Positions 37,911 to 52,686 of a DNA stretch of 64,000 bases are shown in pieces. The translations under genes were made by a program, and so were the position numbers. Numbering within the stretch: position 1 is the stretch's first letter; every line of letters begins with the position of its first letter. Below the pieces are notes generated by a model, which was given only the letters and a program-made list of their open reading frames with translations, had not been told where the DNA came from and did no database searches. Location of the stretch: positions 312,001 to 376,000 of the forward strand of contig CM075996.1 in NCBI GenBank assembly GCA_038087875.1. Direction: 5' to 3'. The DNA is from Malacoraja senta (taxonomy: Eukaryota).

Positions 37911-39951
37911 ACCTGATTGTATTTGTCATAGAGTCATAGAGTGACACAGCGTGGAAACAGGCCCTTCGGCCCAACTTGCCCACACCGGCCAACATGTCCC
38001 AGCTACACAAGTCCCACCTGCCTGCGTTTGGTCCATATCCCTCTAAACTTGTCCTATCCATGTACCTGTCTAACTTTGGGATAGTCCCAGCCTCAACTCC
38101 CTCCTCTGGCAGTTTGTTCCATACACCCACCTGCCTTTGTGTCATATTGCTTTTATACTTCATGCTTGTAGATGCTGTAAAGTACATCTGTCATTTATCA
38201 CTGTGTGTAGCAGACTTCGCTAAATATTAACCATTGCAAAGGCTGTCAGCTGGTCACAATTCTGCAACTTTCTGGTGGCTTCATCTTTTATTGTTGGCAC
38301 TGAATTGCATTAAATTAAAGGCCCAACTACAGTCTTAGAACAAAGGGAAGAAGGGTCTCGACCCGAAACGTCACCCATTCCTTCTCTCCAGAGATGCTGC
38401 CTGTCCCGCTGAGATACTCCAGCATTTTGTGTCTATCCCCTGCTTTGGTCTAGTTTAGGTTAGAGATATAGCACGGAAACAGGCCTTTCGGCCCACCGGG
38501 CCCCACGCCGACCAGCTCTACCCTACACGCTAGGGACAGTTTACAATCTTACCAAAGCCGATTGACCTACCAAACCTGCACGTCTTTGGAGTGCGGGAGG
38601 AAACCGTGGCACCCGGAGAAAAACCCACCCGGTCACAGGGAGAACGTGCAAACTCCGCACAGATAGCACCCGCAGTCGGGATCGAACCCAAGTCTCGGGC
38701 GTTGCGAGGCGTGGCATGTTAGAGCGTCATGGTTTTGGGAGGTGCTGTTGGAGCTGTTTTCGGGCAACTGAACCATCCCACCACAACCAGAGAGCAGTGC
38801 TGAACTACTATCTACCTCATCGGTGACCCTCGGACTACCCTTGATTGTACGTTGCTGGCTTTACCTTGCACTCAACGTTATTCCCTGATCATCTATCTCT
38901 GCGCTGTAAACGGCTCGATTGTAATCGTGTATAGTGCTGACTGATTAGCGCGCAACAAAAGCTTTTCACCATACCCTCGGTACACGCGGCAATAAACTGA
39001 ACTGATAATAACTTTTTTATTATTATTTTTTTTTATTTTATTTTTATTCGAAGCAATTGAACAGAGATAAAACATTCGGCATCTAAAATGATACGATTAT
39101 TGTACAGCTTCATTTTTAACCTTATAACCTAAATTATGAAAATGAAAAAAAGAAAAGAAAAAGAAAACAAGAAAGAAAAAAAGTGGAAAGTGAAAAGATA
39201 GATTGAAGAAAGACAAAAGAGAATCCCCTTAAACTACCAGTGGTGTGGCAGAAAGATATAGAAATAAGAAAAAAGACAAAGAAAAGTGGAGATATACTTT
39301 GCCCCTCGTCGCCCCCCGCCCCCCTCACCCAACCCAGCATCGGATTTAAATGTAAATTTGTGTTGCACCATACTATTGTTGTAAGAATTCAGTAAAGGGT
39401 GTCCATGTCTTAAGAAATTGAACTGTTTTTTCCGCCAAGACAAGCCTAATGTTTTCCAAATGTAGTGTCTCGGACATGTTTGTGATAACAACTGAGCAAC
39501 TTTGCCTCCGTTTGTACATGTGCGTGGAGGGAACGAAAGCTTAACGCAATGAACCGGTGAGCCCGCCACGCCTTCGAGGTCGGCCGCCGGTGCCGTCGCT
39601 ACAAAGGTAGACAGGCGAGGAGAGGGGCGTCGGTCCGCTGGTCGATCCACACCTTCATGGAAGGCAACGGCTGGAGGCCCTGCAGCAGCCTGAGGCTCGC
39701 CTGGAGCGGGACCCGCTCAGAAGAACCAGAGCGCGAGCTCGACTTTGAAAAAGGCGGCATATACTGGCGCCTCTTGCATGCAGGCTCAGTAGACTATTTC
39801 TGTGCAATTCGCTAATCGGGGGGTGTGCATAGGTATTCAAGATGTATTCAAGAGAGATTTATATATAGCTCTGAGGGCTAATGGAATCAAGGGATATGAG
39901 GGAAAGCTGGAACAGGGTACTGATTTTGGATGATCAGCCATGATCATATTA

Positions 39952-40470
39952 CATAGATACATAGAAAATAGGTGCAGGAGGAGGCCATTCAGCCCTTCGA
40001 GCCAGCACCGCCATTCATTGTGATCATGGCTGATCGTCCCCAATCAATAACCCGTGCCTGCCTTCTTCCCATATCCCTCGACTCCACTAGCCCCGAGAGC
40101 TCTATCTAACTCTCTCTTAAATCCATCCAGTGATTTGGCCTCCACTGCCCTCTGTGGCAGGGAATTCCACAAATTCACAACTCTCTGGTTTTTTCTCACC
40201 TCAGTCTTAAATGGCCTCCCCTTTATTCTAAGACTGTGGCCCCTGGTTCTGGACTCACCCAACATTGGGAACATTTTTCCTGCATCTAGCCGGTCCAGTC
40301 CTTTTATAATTTTATATGTTTCTATGAGATTCCCCCTCATCCTTCTAAACTCCAGTGAATACAAGCCTAGTCTTATCAATCTTTCCTCATATGACAGTCC
40401 CGCCATCCCAGGGATCAATCTCGTGAACCTACGCTGCACTGCCTCAATCACAAGGATGTCCTTCCTCAAG
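39952..40470 (-). mobile_element. CR1 LINE 3' fragment
   Basis: VQRRFTRLIPGMAGLSYEERL...RMRGNLIETYK...VVNLWNSLP. Confidence 0.93.
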
Positions 40471-40886
40471 TTATTGAAAGGCAGTCGGTGCTGGCTGTAA
40501 GGGCGGAATGGCCTACTCCTGCATCTATTGTCTATGTTTCTCTGTATGGCAATACTCGACTGACCGACTTGTAAGCAAATACATTCTCTGTGTGTTTACA
40601 CTGGTCAAATAAAAGCACCATTGCATGGTCTGTCGATGAAGGGGGCGGCTTAATCCTGGAGCAGCCATCAACTAAGAAATTGCATAAAGAACAGAACCTG
40701 GTGCCAAACGCCTCTTATGAAAACTGTCTACTACCTGCAGGCTAAAATTTTAATTGATTACACAGGATTGTAATGTGTTATATTTCAGTTATGCCTCACC
40801 AGCAAGAGCTCCCAGCGACAGAAGAATCGAGACATAACATCATCGAGGCATGGGGTTATAATTATTCACGGGGCTGAGAATTTATA

Positions 40887-40980
40887 CGTGTGTGTGTGTC
40901 TGTCTGTGTGTGTGTGTGCTGTGTGTGTCTGTGTGTGCGTGCTGTGTGTGTGTGTGTGTGTGTGTGTCTGTGTGTGCGTG

Positions 40981-41017
<37 letters not shown>

Positions 41018-41018
41018 C

Positions 41019-41051
<33 letters not shown>

Positions 41052-41388
41052 GTCTGTGTGTGTGTGTGCGTGTGTCTGTGTGTGTGTGTGCGTGCTGTGT
41101 GTGTGTGTGTGTGTGTGCGTGTGTCTGTGTGTGTGTGTGCGCGCTGTGTGTGTGCGTGCTGTGTGTGTGTGTCTGTGTGTGTGTCTGTGTGTGTGTGTCT
41201 GTGTGTGTGTGTGTGTGTGTCTGTGTGTGCGTGCTGTGTGTGTGTGTCTCTGTGTGTGTGTGTGTGCTGTGTGTGCGTGCTGTGTGTGTGTGTCTGTGTG
41301 TGTGTGTCTGTGTGTGTGTCTGTGTGTGTGTGTCTGTGTGTGTGCGTGCTGTGTGTGTGCGTGCTGTGTGTGTGCGTGTTGTGTGTGT

Positions 41389-41419
<31 letters not shown>

Positions 41420-41444
41420 CTGTGTGTGTGCGTGCTGTGTGTGT

Positions 41445-41476
<32 letters not shown>

Positions 41477-41492
41477 CTGTGTGTGTGCGTGC

Positions 41493-41523
<31 letters not shown>

Positions 41524-41652
41524 CTGTGTGTGTGTGTCTGTGTGTGTGTGTGTCTGTGTGTGTGTGTGTGCTGTGTGTGTGCATGCTGTGTGTGTGTGTC
41601 TGTGTGTGTGTGTGTGTGTGCTGTGTGTGCGTGCTGTGTGTGTGTGTGCGTG

Positions 41653-41692
<40 letters not shown>

Positions 41693-42243
41693 GTGTATGT
41701 GTGTGCTGTGTGTGTGGTGTGTGTGTGTGTGTGGCGTGTGTGTGCGCGTGTGTGTGTGCGTGCTGTGTGTGTGTGCATGTGTGTGTGTGTGTGTGTGTGT
41801 GCGTGTGTGCGTGTGTGTGTCTGTGTGTGGGTGTGCGTGCTGTGTGTGTGTGTGTCTGTGTGTGTGTGTGTGCGTGCGTGTGTGCGTGTGTGTGTGTGCG
41901 TGTGTGTGTCTATGTGTGTGTGTGCGTGCTGTGTCTGTGTGTGTGTCTGTGTGTGTGCGTGCGTGCGTGCGTGCGTGCGTGTGTGTGTGTCTGTGTGTGT
42001 GTGTGTGTCTGTGTGTGTCTGTGTGTGTTTGTGCGTGTGTGTGTGTGTGTGTGTGCGTGCTGTCTGTGTGTGTGTGTGTGTCTGTGTGTGTGTGTGTCTG
42101 TGTGTGTGTGTGTGCGTGTGTGTGTGTGCGTGCTGTCTGTGTGTGTGTGTGTCTGTGTGTGTGTGTGTGTGTGTGTCTGTGTGTGTGTCTGTGTGTGTCT
42201 GTGTGCGTGTGTGTGTGTGTGCGTGCTGTCTGTGTGTGTGTGT

Positions 42244-42281
<38 letters not shown>

Positions 42282-42349
42282 CTATGTGTGTGTGTGTGGC
42301 TGTGTGTGTGTCTGTGTGTGTCTGTGTGTGTGTGTGTCTGAGTGTGTGT

Positions 42350-42385
<36 letters not shown>

Positions 42386-42427
42386 CTGTGTGTGTGTGTG
42401 TCTGTGTGTGTGTGTCTGTGTGGTGTG

Positions 42428-42462
<35 letters not shown>

Positions 42463-42551
42463 GTCTGTGTGTGTGTGTGTGTGTGTGTGTCTGTGCGTGT
42501 GTGTGTGTGTCTGTGTGTGTGTGTGTGTGTCTGTGTGTGTGTGTGTGTGTG
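40887..42551. repeat. Compound (GT)n microsatellite, about 1.66 kb
   Basis: GT repeats interrupted by recurring gtct and gcgtgct motifs; source of the spurious CV/HT ORFs. Confidence 0.98.
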
Positions 42552-45500
42552 CAGACGCTTCAGGAACGTTGCTACATCTTAAGCTGCCAGTCCTGCCCTG
42601 AGCCCCACAAATGACTTAGGGTGGAACAGCACCGCAGCGGTAGGTTGCTGCCTCACAGCGCCAGAGACCCCGGTCGCCGCTTGGCCCGCTTGAGTTTTCT
42701 CCGGGTGTTCCAGTTTCCTCCCACACCCCAAGGACATGCTGGTTCATAGGTTAATTGGCTTTGGTAAGATTGTATATTGTCTCCAGTGTGTAGGATAGTG
42801 CTAGTGTACGGGGTGATCGCTGGTCAGCGCGGACTCGGTGAGTCGAAGGGCCTGTTTCCTCGCTGTATCTCTAAAGCCTATCGCCATTACTTCTACTGAG
42901 ACTATTTTCCATTTTTAATTCAAGTTTGCGTTGGGGGCTTGGATTCACATTCCCAGCTGCCATGGCGGGATTCGAACTCATGTCCATGGATCCGGTCAGA
43001 ACTCCTGGCTGCAAGTCCAGCAATTTAGCCACAAGTCCATCGCTGCACAAACCAAGCAAAGGGATTCGGTAAAAATTGTAAATTGTCCCTAGCGTGTAGG
43101 ATAGTGCGGGTCAGCACGGAATCAGTGGGCCGAAGGGCCTGTTTCCACGCTGTATCTCCAAAGTCTGTCTAAAGATGACTTGCTAGAGCAACTCTGCCGT
43201 TACATCTCAGCATCATATCTAACAAAACCCATTTAATACCTAATTATTTCACATTTTCAGTCTCCACAATATTTCACTGGTGAATGATTGGTTCAGTCAA
43301 TAACAAATGATGCTGTCTGTATGCTATATTCTTCACGAGATCTCAGTGGTTTAGATGGATTCGTATAATAGAGATATGCAGTGATGGAGAATAAGTTCAG
43401 TTCAGTTCAGTTTATTGTCACATGTACCGAGGTACAGTGAAAAGCTTTTGTTGCGTGCTAACCAGCCAGCAGAAAGACAAAAATGCTGGAGGAACTCAGC
43501 GGGTGAGGCAGCATCTATGGAGCGAAGGAAATAGGCAACGTTTCGGGCCGAAAAACGTCGCCTATTTCCCTTCGCTCCATAGATGCTGCCTCACCCGCTG
43601 GGTTTCTCCAGCATTTTTGTCTACCTTCGATTTCCCAGCATCTGCAGTTCCTTCTTAAACAGCAGAAAGGCAATACATGACTGCAATCTAGCCATTCGCA
43701 GTGTACAGATACGTGATAAGGGAATAGCTTTTAGTGCAAGGTAAAGCCAGTAAAGTCTGATCAAAGATAGTCCGAGGGTACTCGATGAGGTAATTGGTAG
43801 TTCAGGACCGCTCTCTGGTTGTGGTAGGATGATTGAGTTGCCCGATAACAGCTGGGAAGAAAATGTCACTGAATCTGGAGATTCGAGATTGAAGATTCAA
43901 GAGAGTTTATTGTCATGTGTCCCAGATAGGACAATGAAATTCTTGCTTTGCTTCAGCACAACAGAACATAGTAGGCACGAATACAGAACAGATCAGTGTG
44001 TCCATATACCATTGTATAAATATATACACACATGAATAAATAAACCGATAACGGGCAAAAAAGGTGTGCGTTTTCACACTTTTATACCTTTTACCCGATG
44101 GGAGAGGGGAGACGAGGGAGTGGCCTGGGTGCGACGCGACCTTGATTATGCTGGTGGCCTTGCCCAGGCAGCGTGAGGTGTAGATGGAGTCAATGGAAGG
44201 GAGGTTGGTTTGCGTCATGGCCTGGGCTGCGTCCACAATTCGCTGCAATTTCTTGCTGTCTTGTAAGGAGCTGTTCCCAGACCAAGCTGTGATGCATCCT
44301 GATGTAGTCCTACTCTGGAGAAAGATTGGGCCTGAGTTCATAAGCCTGGATAAGGTCGCCCCTCAGCCTCCATCACACGACCACGCCACGTTCAGAGTAT
44401 TGGGTTCAATTTTGGTCACCTTGCTATGGGAAAGATCGTGCCAAGCTGGGAAGTGTGCAGAGAAAATGTACCAGGATGTGGCCAGGACTCGAGGGCCTGA
44501 ACGTTATAGGGAGAGGATGAGCAGGTTAGGACTTTATTCCTTGGAGTGCTGGAGGATGAGGGGTGATCTTATACAGGTGTATAAGAGTCTTTTACCCAGA
44601 GTAGTAGAATCAAAAACCAGAGTACATAGGTTTAAGGTGAGGTAGGAAAAGATTGAATAGGAATCTGAAGGGCAACTTTTTTACACAGAAGGTGGTAGAT
44701 ATATGGAACAAGCTGCCGGAGGAGGTAGTTGAGGGAAGTACTATCACAATGATTTACAAAATTTGGACAGGTACATGGATAGGACCGGTTTAGAGGGATA
44801 TGGGCCAAACGCAGGCAGCTGGGACCAGTGGAGATGGGGCATGTTGGTCAGCGTGAGCAAGTTGGGCCGAAGGGCCTGTTTCCACGCTGTATGACTCTGT
44901 GATCAGCTACCATAAGGGAGTCGAACACAAAGTGCTGGAGGAACTCAGCGGGTCAGGCAGCATCTGTGGAGGCGATATCTTGGGTCATGACACTTCTTCT
45001 GGGCACTTCTGCAATGCGAGGAAGGATTCCCACCCGAAACCTCTCTCCACTTCCCTTCACAGATGCTCTAGACTTTGGAGATACAGCGGGGAAACAGGCC
45101 CTTTGGGCCCGACGAGTCCGCACAGCCCAGCAATTACCCCCTCTACGTACGCCAGCACTATCACACATTACAATTTTACCAAAGTAAACCGAGACTTTTA
45201 CAACGGTGTATTTTTAAAGCAGAGATTGACAGATTCTTGATTAGCAAAGGCGTCAAGATTCATGGGGAGAAGGCAGGAGAATAGGGTTGAACTTGAGAGG
45301 GAAAGATAGATCAGCCATGATTGAATGGCGTGGTATGCTCGATGGGCCGAATGGCCTAATTATGCTTCTGGAATCTTGTGGTGTCCTGACGCCATGCTAA
45401 TGTCAAGAACTGCTTTGCTCGGTGACACTGTGTCGCCGAATTTAGAAACAGCTTTCTTTTCGAATTCTGGGATTCAAATCGCAGCACACCTTACTCAGGA

Positions 45501-45731
45501 GTGGAGGGAACGGGAGAGAACAGCGCTGAGATCAAGGCTCGTACAGATTCTATACCGAAGGGACTTGGAAAAGAATCCTCACATTGACGACACATGCAAA
45601 TTAGATTACTTAGAAGACAATCCTCCTAATAATTCAGGAGACGTACGTGTCTCTACAATTCCGCAAGAATTATGTGATTTAAATTAACCCGACACTTTAA
45701 ATCTTTCAAGCAGCCAGATTCCTTTCATCAC

Positions 45732-45808
45732 CTCCTGTTTGATACCCGGAGATAATGGGTGCTGGAGACTGTGCCTGGCATAGGAGTCATCCCTGGGGGA
45801 ATCTAACC
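45732..45808 (-). CDS. Candidate exon of an unidentified gene
   Basis: gtgtgcAG|GG+LDSPRDDSYARHSLQHPLSPGIKQE|GTGATG. Only the phase-1 frame is open, compatible with the 52.7 kb exon. Confidence 0.42.
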
Positions 45809-48800
45809 CTGCACACATACGCACACACACACACACACACTCATACACACAGTCATAGCTGATCTCTGTGTCGGAAGGAACTGCAGATGCTGGTTTAAAC
45901 ACAAAAAGCTGGAGCAACTCAGCGGGGCAGGCAGCGTCTCTGGAGAGAAGGAATGGGTGACGTTTCGGGTAGAGAGCTGATCTATCTCTCCCTCTCAGTC
46001 CCATTCTCCTGCCTTCTCCCTGTAACCTTAAGGGCCTGTCATACTTCAACGTAATTTGCGCGTCATTTACGAGACATCCTAAAAATTGGTTGGGGCGTCG
46101 TGAAGCGCGCGTTATGCGTGGTGGCGTATGCAGTGTCGCGCGGCGCCCCAGAATTTTGGGATGCTCAAAATCCTCGCACGCCACCTGTGTGACGCGCAAA
46201 TGACGCCCATGCGACACACCCTTACTACTCAAAAATCTGTCAATCTCCACTTTAAATATACCCAAATTACTTGGCCTCCACAGCCATCTGTGGCAATGAA
46301 TTCCACAGATTCACCACCCTCTGACTGAAGAAATTCCTCCTCATCTCCTTTCTAAAGGAACGTCCTATTCTGAGGCTGTGGCCTCCGGTCCTCGAATCTC
46401 CCACTTGTGGAAACATCCTCTCCACGTCCATTCTATCCAGGCCTTTCACTATTATCAATGGCGTTGGAAATCAAAACCCGATGCCCAACGTCCTAAGTGA
46501 GATATCAAAGCGATTTGCAATCACCAGGGTCCCTTTTATTGATGGCTGTAAATTTGTTTCAAAGATAGACACAAAATGCTGGAGTAACATCTCTGCAGGC
46601 AGCATCTCTGGAGAGAAGGAATGGGTGACGTTTCAGGTCGTGACCCTTCTTCAGATGAGAGGAACCTCAGATGCTGTTTTTTTGTGTTGTTTTTTTAAGT
46701 GCTGGAGTAACTCAGCGGTTCAGGCAGCATCTCTGGAGGACATGGATAGGCGAGGTTTCAGGTGAGGACCATTCTTCAATGTTCCCAATGTTGGGCGAGT
46801 CCAGAACCAGGGGCCACAGTCTTAGAATAAAGGGGAGGCCATTTTAGACTGAGGTGAGAAAAAAAGTTTTCACCCAGAGAGTTGTGAATTTGTGGAATTC
46901 CCTGCCACAGAGGGCAGTGGAGGCCAAATCACTGGATGGATTTAAGAGAGAGTTCGATAGAGATCTAGGGGCTAGTGGAGTCAAGGTGAATCTCTGGAAC
47001 TCTCTGCCACAGAGGGTAGTTGAGGCCAGTTCATTGGCTATATTTAAGAGGGAGTTAGATGTGGCCCTTGTGGCTAAAGGGATCAGGGGGTATGGAGAGA
47101 AGGCAGGTACGGGATACTGAGTTGGATGATCAGCCATGATCATATTGAATGGCGGTGCAGGCTCGAAGGGCCGAATGGCCTACTCCTGCACCTATTTACT
47201 ATGTTTCTTTGTTCTATGTTTCAGACTGCTTGTAGTAGGGGGGGGGAAACGTCACCCATTCCTTCTCTCCAGAGATGCTGCCTGTCCCGCTGAGTTACTC
47301 CAGCATTTGGTGTCCATCTTCAGTTTAAACCAGCATCTGCAGTTCCTTGCTACACAATAAATTTGCTTCCTTCCCCTAAACCCTCTGATCTCTTCTCTTC
47401 TCGCACCGAGTCCCAGGATTGATGGAGAGGGATATAATAATTCTCTGTCTGTTTGTCTGTAGGCTCCCCAGGGTTACGGGAAGCCAAACAATAAAAGATT
47501 AAACCTCAGAACCACATATCTCTCGCCTGGTCGCAGGTCTTATGCTGCGTTTTTCTAAAAACATCTATTATACGTTTTTTATGTTAGTTTTTTCACCCTT
47601 TTTTTATTTTTAGTTTAAAAGTGTTTGTTTTTGGAGGTCTTTAGTCTTTTTATGTGGGGGGTTGGGGGGGGGGAAAGGGGGGAAACTATTTTCGCAGTCC
47701 CTACCTGGTCGGAGTTGCGGCTTTTCTCCGAGCCGTATCTTCGCCCCTTCCTCGCGGCCTACGGGCAGACTGGAGCGGCGTTTTCCTGCCGGGACCGGCC
47801 AGGACTTCAGCTTCGGTGGTGGCACAGCGCTGAAGTACCATCGCGGAGCGGGCGATGCCTAACCCGGGTCGCCGTGCAGCAAGCTCCGGAGTGCTGTGAC
47901 CGCCGGCACCAACATCGCGGAGCTGCGGTCAGCGGTCTGCGGTCAGTGGAGCTTCCAGCCGCGGGCGGCGCTGAGCTTCAAACACCGTGAAGCCTGGGAT
48001 CTGACGACGAGGTCGCCAGAGTCGGAGCATCGACCAGCGCGGCTCGTGGACTTCGGGAGCCGTGGTCTACTGGGAGGAAGCGGCCGCTCCAGACACTCCG
48101 GGCCGCTGAGAGTGTTCACCCGACGCCAGAATTCCATCATCCGGCGAGAGGGCCTGAGGCATCGGGCTGCCGTGGCGGCGACTGCAGAGGCCTCAATAGG
48201 CCCCGACTATGGGTGAACTGGGGATGGGACTGGACTTTGCTGCCTTCCCCCCACAGTGGGAACCATTGTGGGGGTATGTTTTTATGTTGTTGTTAAATTC
48301 TTGGATGTTATCTTTATTTGTGTGCTGCATGGTAAGTCAAATTTCACTGCACCAATTGGTGTATGTGACAATAAATGTCTATCTATCTATCTATCTATAT
48401 GTATGTATTTATGTATGTACTTAATCTATGAACCACTGTTGTATAACGTTAGTACCTCCACCAATGTAAAGCACTTTGGCCAACGAGAGTTGTTTTGTAA
48501 ATGTGCTATAGAAATAAAAGTGACTTGACTTGCACGTCTTTGGAGTGTGGGAGGAAACCGAAGATCTGGGAGAAAACCCACGCAGGTCACGGGGAGAACG
48601 TACAAACTCCGTACAGACAGCACCCGTAGTCGGGATGGAACCCGGGTCTCTGGCGCTGCATTTTGCTGTAAGGCAGCAACTCTACCGCTGCACCACCGTG
48701 ACCTTATCCGTAGGGTCCCCTGCATCACTCATGACCTTATCTTGGCCGAACCCTATAAAAGGTGTAGGGACAACTGGACTGACTGCCCAATGCCACCCAC

Positions 48801-49840
48801 TAGCTTCAGCAGTTGAATATTCCCAATGATGTTCAGCCTGGGACACGTACATGCCTCGGTGAGATAATAACCGGCTTGTTTAGCTTAGAGATGCAGTGTG
48901 GAAACAGGCCTTTCAGCCCACCGAGCCCATGCTGACCACCGACCCCCCTACACCAGCACTAACACTATCCCACAACACGAGGGACAACTTACCGAAGCAA
49001 GTGTAGTTTACATGGACAATAGGTGCAGGAGTAGGCCATTCGGCCCGCACGGCCATTCAATATGATCATGGCTGATCATCCAGAATCAGTACTCCGTTCC
49101 TGCCTTCTCCCCACATCCCTTTGATTCTGTTAGCCCTAAGAGCTGTATGCAACTCGTATCTACCTCAGTTTGGTTTAGTCCAGGGATACTGTGTGGGAAA
49201 ATGGGCCTTTCGGCCCACCGAGTCCGCGCTGACCGCTGATCGCCCCTTGATCACTAGTTGTATCCAACACAGTCGGGACAATTTGCAGAGCAGAACCAAC
49301 CTACAAACATGCACGGCCTGTGCCCGGGTCCCTGCCGCCGTAAGGCAGCGTAAGGCTCTGCCGCCGTGCCGCCCCTGAATGATCAAAAGCCTGGCCGCGC
49401 TGAGTTACTCCAGCGCTTTTGTATCCATCCATCGAATCGCTCAGCTTTGCTCGTGGCTCCAGGCGTTTTGAAAAATCGCTCGGTGAATGTCGATAAATAC
49501 TTAACTACCTCAACAAACATGAATTTAGATTACTGCTGAGCCGCTGACTGCTGGCACATGCGGCGATGCTTTGATTCAGTGTTTTAAACCATCATTAATG
49601 CGTATAATTTATCCAAAGAACCTCGTCTTCCACACCGGGCGGCCCAGTGGATTAAATCCTACAACGTGTGGGCAAGTACCCTGCAGCGAATACCTTGTCC
49701 ACAAGGCTGACATCTAAGACAGGAAAGAACGGCAGATGCTGGTTTAAATCGAAGATAGACAACATCTTTCCTATAACACGCTGCCCAGAACTGAACACAA
49801 TACTCTAAATGTGGCCTCACCAACGTCTTATACAACTGCA

Positions 49841-50031
49841 GGTAGACAAAAATACTGGAGAAACTCAGCGGGTGGGGCAGCATTTAGGGAGCGAAGGAAT
49901 AGGTGACGTTTCGGGTCACCGAAATGTCACCTATTCCTTCGCTCCATAGATGCTGCCTCACCTGCTGAGTTTCTCCAGCACTTTTGTCTAGCTTCGATTT
50001 TTCCAGCATCTGCAGTTCTTTCTTAAACATT
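49841..50031. mobile_element. Palindromic Penelope pLTR inserted in a CR1 fragment
   Basis: tcttatacaactgca duplicated at 49826-49840 and 50032-50046. Confidence 0.82.
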
Positions 50032-52090
50032 TCTTATACAACTGCAACATGACCTCCCAACTTCTACACTCAATATGGACACAAAATGGTGGAGTAACTC
50101 AGCGGGACTGGAGAGACAGCAGCTCTGGAGAGAAGGAGTGGGTGACGTTTCGGGTCGAGGGTGAAGAAGGGTCTCAACCTGAAACGTGAGTCTGAAGAAG
50201 GGTCCCGACCCGAAACGTCACCCATTCCTTCTCTCCAGAGCTGCTGTCTGTCCCGCTGAGTTACTCCACCATTTTGTGTCCAGGCAGATATTTAACAATG
50301 GTCATTAAAGGTCTCCAGGGAGGGGTTGTTGAGGCTTCAGCCAAGACTGAATATGGATCGCTGAGTTAGGCCCTTCATTAGTGGACCTGCTGGCTATTTT
50401 TTTAACGTACAACAAGTCTAGCCTTTACAGGTACCAACTGTTGATATCTTGGGGTGGATAGCATGGAGTTAGAGAATAATATATTAATATAGAATATAAC
50501 ACAAAGAATATTTAAATATGGGAACAGGCCTTTCACCCCATAATATCCATGTTGTACATGACATCAAGTCCAGTTAATCTTCTTTGCATGCAGGTGCTCA
50601 ATATCCCTCCATTCCCTGCATATCCATATGCCTATCTAAAAGCCTCTTAAACACCACTTTTCAAGTTCATACGTCATAAGAGCAGAATTAGGCCATTCAG
50701 CCCATCGAGTCTACTCCGCCATTCAATCATGGCCAATCTTATCTTTCCTTCCAACCCCATTCTCCTGCCTTCTCCCCGTAACCCTTGACGACCTTTACTA
50801 ATCAAGAATCTGTTAATCTCCGCCTTAAAAATACCCAATTTCTTGTGGCCGCTGTTTTAGACAACGTTGGCAAAGAGAAATGAATCCCGTCAGCAAAACC
50901 ACCTTTTCATGTCCTCCAGAGATGCTGCCTGACCCGCTGAATTTAGTTTAGTTTAGAGATACAGCCCGGAAACTTTTCGGCCCTTCGGCCCACCGGGTCC
51001 TATACGTCTTTGGAGTGTGGGAGGAAACCGAAGATCTTGGGGTTAAAACCCACGCGGGTCACGGGGAGAACGGACAAACTCCGTACAGACAAGCACCCGT
51101 AGTCGGGATCGAACCCGGGACTCCGATGCTGTAAGCGCTGTTAGGCAGCGACTGTACCGCTGCGCCACCGTGCCGCCCCAGCACTTAATGGTTTAAGATA
51201 CTTGCCAAAGACCACGAGACCATTCTGTTATTCCCAGAGAGGCGAGGATCCAAGGTCATGCCACTTTAGCCTTCGTGGAATAAGGAATTATTCGCCTCCG
51301 GGCATCCTTTGCACCTTGAAGCTATTTGGCATTATCACAAGAACCGCAAGCATTTAGCCTGCAGGCGTGAAAAAACATCCGGAGATTCCTCGGCAAATGA
51401 TCGGAATGTCCTTGCTCCCAGATATTGTTCGTAAGCTGCACGTGACATTGAACCCACTCATCGTACAATAAAAACGCCCCTTCCGCGTCAAGAGTAGGAA
51501 ACATCGGCCCAGGAGAGAACAGTCCCGACATGCACGGTGGCTCCGCAGTAGAGTTGCTGCCACACAGCGCCGGAGACCCGGGTTCCATCCCGGCCACCGT
51601 TGCCGTCTGTACGGACTTTGTACCTTCTCCCCGTGACCTGCGTGGGTTTTCTCCGAGATCTTCGGATTCCTCCCCCACTCCAAAGACGTGCAGGTTTGTA
51701 GGTTAATTGGCTTGGTGTAAATGTAAAAAAAATGTCCCTAGTGTGCGTGGGATCATGTTGATGCGCGGGGATCGCCGGTCGGCGCGGCCTCGGTGGGCCG
51801 AAGAGCCTGTTTCCGCGCCGTATCTCCAAACTAAACAAAATCTAAACATCCCTGGGTCGGAAACAATGACAAAGGATTGCTGTGACCTCCCTCATCAGTC
51901 ACAAATTCATGTTCATAAGTCACAGGGGCAGAATTAGGCTAATCGGCCCATCGAGCTAACTCCGCCATTCATTCATGGCTGATCCATCTTTCCCTATCAA
52001 CCCTATTATCCTGGAGGAACTCAGCGGGTGAGGCAGCATCTAAGGTGCGAAGGAAATAGGCAACGTTTCGGGCCGAAACACTTCTGCAGA

Positions 52091-52128
52091 AGGGTCTGAA
52101 GAAGGGTTTCTGCCCGAAACGTTGCCTA
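52091..52128 (+). ncRNA. Minimal type I hammerhead ribozyme core, second subfamily
   Basis: GGGU CUGAAGA A GGGU-UUCU-GCCC GAAA CGUU GCCU. Stem I GGGU/GCCU can form 4 bp (2 wobble); AACGUU palindrome. Confidence 0.62.
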
Positions 52129-52686
52129 TTTCCTTCGCACTATAGATGCTGCCTCACCCACTGAGTTTCTCCAGCATTTTTGTCTACCTTCGATTTTCCC
52201 GCATCTGCAGTTCCTTCTTAAACAACCCTATTATCCTGCCTTCTCTTCCTCTGCTGCACTGCAAAATCTCAAGGTATGCCTACTTGGAAAAAGTTCTCCT
52301 CGTCTCTGTGACGAGAGCTCTGCGGTATCCTCTCTCGCTGCTCCCCCCCCCCCCCCCTCTGTCATTGACTTGCGACCACTTGTTAACCCAGACTCGCTCA
52401 CTCATTAGTCCTGTATCTCTCCACATCACCGTCCATATCTCTCGTTCCCCTCCCACGTGACGTTCAGTCTGCAGAAGGGTCTCGACACGAAACGTCACCC
52501 ATTCCTTCTCATCCAGAGATGCTCCCTGTCCCGCTGAGTTACTCCAGCATCTTCCCGTGTGAGCCAGCATCGGCAGTTCCTCCCTACACAGAATCTATCA
52601 ACCTCCGCCTTAAAATTACCCATTGGCTTGTCCTCCACAGCCGTCTGGGGCCATGGGCTCCACAGATTCACCGGCCTCCAGCTTAC

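Noticed and set aside
39490..39830. GC-rich unique stretch as a possible exon
   Set aside because: No convincing splice-site pair or recognisable peptide in any frame.
40862..42614. ORFs of 240-569 aa rich in CV or HT
   Set aside because: Translations of a (GT)n microsatellite.
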